Shown here piece by piece: positions 39,270 to 41,285 of a stretch of 41,285 nucleotides of DNA. The DNA lies in the NCBI GenBank assembly GCA_021399345.1, contig JAAFKI010000073.1, positions 1-41,285 on the forward strand, written 5' to 3'. Under the pieces are notes generated by a model, which saw only the letters and a program-made list of their open reading frames with translations, had not been told where the DNA came from and searched no databases. Origin of the DNA: Candidatus Heimdallarchaeota archaeon (GTDB lineage Archaea; Asgardarchaeota; Heimdallarchaeia; Heimdallarchaeales; Heimdallarchaeaceae). Made by a program: the position numbers and the translations under genes. The number at the start of each line of letters is the position of its first letter. Within the stretch, counting starts at the first letter, position 1.

Positions 39270-39809
39270 TCATTCCTTTTTTGCTATAATAGCTATATCC
39301 TCTATTGAAAGATTCCACGATTTAATTATTTTAAATCCACTTTTTTTAACCTTATTTTTTAAAATCTTAATGTTAAATATCTTTTTTAGAGCAGTCAAAA
39401 CAAGATAACCTTTCTTTGTTGCTATATCATGACACTCATCAATCGTTTTTTGTGGATTGACTAAATTTTGTACCACTGAAATACAAGTGACAAAATCTCC
39501 ACTCTCTTCTCGGAAAGGGAGAAATTCACTATCTGCACAAACGAAAAAACCTAGAGGATATTTTTTTCTCCCAACTTTCAGCATCTCTAATGATATATCA
39601 TTTACAATAATAGTAATATTATCCTGTTTTAGATAGTTTAGAAGCAATCCTGTACCTCCACCCACATCATAAACAATTGTCTTTTCTTCAATATCAATAT
39701 CAGAGAAAATTTCGAAATACTTCTGTTTCTGTATAGCAGTGTATCTATTCTCATATTGCTCTGCAGTTGAATCGTATTTATGCCTTACTTCGTACTTCTT
39801 ATTACTCAT
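39270..39809 (-). CDS. Class I SAM-dependent methyltransferase
   Basis: YDVGGGTG, DIS..ML, ADSEFLPF. Confidence 0.88.
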   Translation of the reverse strand: MSNKKYEVRHKYDSTAEQYENRYTAIQKQKYFEIFSDIDIEEKTIVYDVGGGTGLLLNYLKQDNITIIVNDISLEMLKVGRKKYPLGFFVCADSEFLPFREESGDFVTCISVVQNLVNPQKTIDECHDIATKKGYLVLTALKKIFNIKILKNKVKKSGFKIIKSWNLSIEDIAIIAKKE

Positions 39810-39863
39810 TCAAATAAATATAAGAAAGAAAAGAATTTTAAGTCATACTCTTACAACATATTG

Positions 39864-40760
39864 ATGCCAATAAAACTGCGTGGAGCTAAAGTGCTGAAAG
39901 ACCTCTCAAATATGGATTTTAGGGTTTTGAATATGATTGAGACGCTTCTTCGAAAAGGAGAGTATGCTCCCGTAGATAAAATTGTCACTTATTCAGGTTA
40001 TAGAGCTAAAGATGTTGATCTAATATTATCCAAATTGAATAAAATGAAATTGACACGCAGATGGAAAGGACAATTTGTTGGTTATTCCTTAACCTTGTCT
40101 GGATTTGATGCTTTAGCGCTCAATACACTCTACAATAAGAAAATAGTTTTTGGTGTAGGGCAAACTAGGGGAGTAGGAAAAGAGAGCGACATTTACCATG
40201 CAATTGATTTTGAAGAAAATGAGATAATAATTAAGATCAATCGAACAGGTAGAGCTAGTTTCCAACAAATAAAGAGAAAAAGAGATTTTCTTGAAAACAG
40301 ATTTCACTATTCAATGTTCTCAATTGCTGAAATTGCAGCTAAAAGAGAATACAAGATTCTAGAAGATTTAAAGGGTAAAAATCTACCTATACCTGATGTT
40401 AAAGGACATAATAGACACATCATTGCAATGGACTTTGTTGAAGGTAGAGAACTTGTAAATGTGCAGCATATTAAGAAACCAATTAAAACTCTCGAAAGAA
40501 TAATAGAATTTGCAAAAACTCTTTATCAGACATTTAACATAGTACATGCAGATTTAACAGAATACAATATTATGTATAATGAAGAAAATGGAAAGATAAC
40601 AATTATTGACTTCCCCCAAGCTGTTCAAACAGATCATCCTGAAGCTACTGTTCTTTTAAGAAGAGATTTTACTCATCTTTTAGACTATTTTGGGAAAAAA
40701 TGGGGAATTACTACAGATGAAGTTGAAACTGTTATAAAATATGTTATGGGAAATAAATGA
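39864..40760 (+). CDS. rio2: RIO2-type serine/threonine kinase
   Basis: N-terminal winged helix (DFRVL..IE, GYSLT..GFDALAL), GVGKESD, VHADLTEYN, IIDFPQ. ATG at 39864 avoids overlap with the divergent gene. Confidence 0.92.
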   Translation: MPIKLRGAKVLKDLSNMDFRVLNMIETLLRKGEYAPVDKIVTYSGYRAKDVDLILSKLNKMKLTRRWKGQFVGYSLTLSGFDALALNTLYNKKIVFGVGQTRGVGKESDIYHAIDFEENEIIIKINRTGRASFQQIKRKRDFLENRFHYSMFSIAEIAAKREYKILEDLKGKNLPIPDVKGHNRHIIAMDFVEGRELVNVQHIKKPIKTLERIIEFAKTLYQTFNIVHADLTEYNIMYNEENGKITIIDFPQAVQTDHPEATVLLRRDFTHLLDYFGKKWGITTDEVETVIKYVMGNK

Positions 40761-41285
40761 AGGTGATTGAAATTTCTGATTCCGAAATCATTAGTGTTGG
40801 TGTTGATATCTTACCTCAAACATCGCCTTCTAAGATAGCTAAATACTCAGTTTGTGTTTATGATGGAGCAAATAATATTATAATTCAGAAATATGAAAAG
40901 GTTAACTTACAGAAACTGATAGGCATAGTAAGAAGTTCTCGGGCTCACTATCTTGCTAGCGATAATATCTATGAATTAGTTAAGAACCCATCTCAAATTC
41001 CTCATTTATGTCTTCAACTTCAACCTAATACAAAGCTAGTTCAAATAACGGGATCTCCAGTTCATGGTTTTACTCCCCTAACTACGCTAATGAAACAACA
41101 TGGCTTGAATGTTTCCGGGAAACTTTTTCCGCTAGTTGCAGCTGAAGCGTGTGCAATTTTAGCGAGTAGAAAATTGGGTTACATTGTAGAACCTTTTGAG
41201 AACGAAACAAAGATTATTGTGTCTAGATCCAGATCTAAAGGATCAGGCGGTTGGTCTCAAAAACGCTATAGTAGGCTGTATGATA
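40757..41285 (+). CDS. DUF460 family protein (COG2433-like), truncated by the window end
   Basis: My own translation from the ATGA overlap: MKVIEISDSEIISVGVDILP...LASDNIYEL...LVQITG...AEACA.LA...ETKIIVSRSRSKGSGGWSQKRY. No stop before the window end. Confidence 0.85.
   Translation, partial: MKVIEISDSEIISVGVDILPQTSPSKIAKYSVCVYDGANNIIIQKYEKVNLQKLIGIVRSSRAHYLASDNIYELVKNPSQIPHLCLQLQPNTKLVQITGSPVHGFTPLTTLMKQHGLNVSGKLFPLVAAEACAILASRKLGYIVEPFENETKIIVSRSRSKGSGGWSQKRYSRLYD

Noticed and set aside
1564-40307. Short ORFs in the track nested in or antisense to long genes (e.g. 1564-1764, 10796-11077, 26743-27087, 37023-37355, 38468-38743)
   Set aside because: They are shadows of well-supported genes with no recognisable motifs.
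1-41285. CRISPR array, rRNA, tRNA or prophage
   Set aside because: I saw no regularly spaced repeats, RNA-gene-like GC-rich blocks or viral genes, and the intergenic gaps are short.

Overview
AT-rich, gene-dense archaeal chromosome segment with rpS17e, RIO2, a DRG GTPase, DUF211, DUF460, IorAB and a beta-CASP RNase. An ESCRT-II Vps22/Vps36-like gene and a probable longin-domain protein point to an Asgard archaeon, possibly Heimdallarchaeia (inference). The window opens in the last 36 codons of an IS200/IS605-family TnpB, missed by the ORF track, followed by a structured right-end/omegaRNA region. It closes in a DUF460 gene, also missed by the track. The most unusual locus is 10310-17423. Two paralogous secreted, C-terminally anchored proteins precede an orphan nuoJ-K-L-N-like membrane module that appears to have lost most of the charged proton-pathway residues, followed by a divergent long-chain-type prenyl diphosphate synthase. 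Other oddities are a tandem canonical plus divergent inositol-3-phosphate synthase pair, a large PIN-domain protein beside a single-domain KaiC-like ATPase, a stand-alone ESCRT-II gene with a strong downstream hairpin, and a probable non-canonical ATT start. No rRNA, tRNA or CRISPR array was seen. All family calls come from motif recognition by eye; no searches were run.
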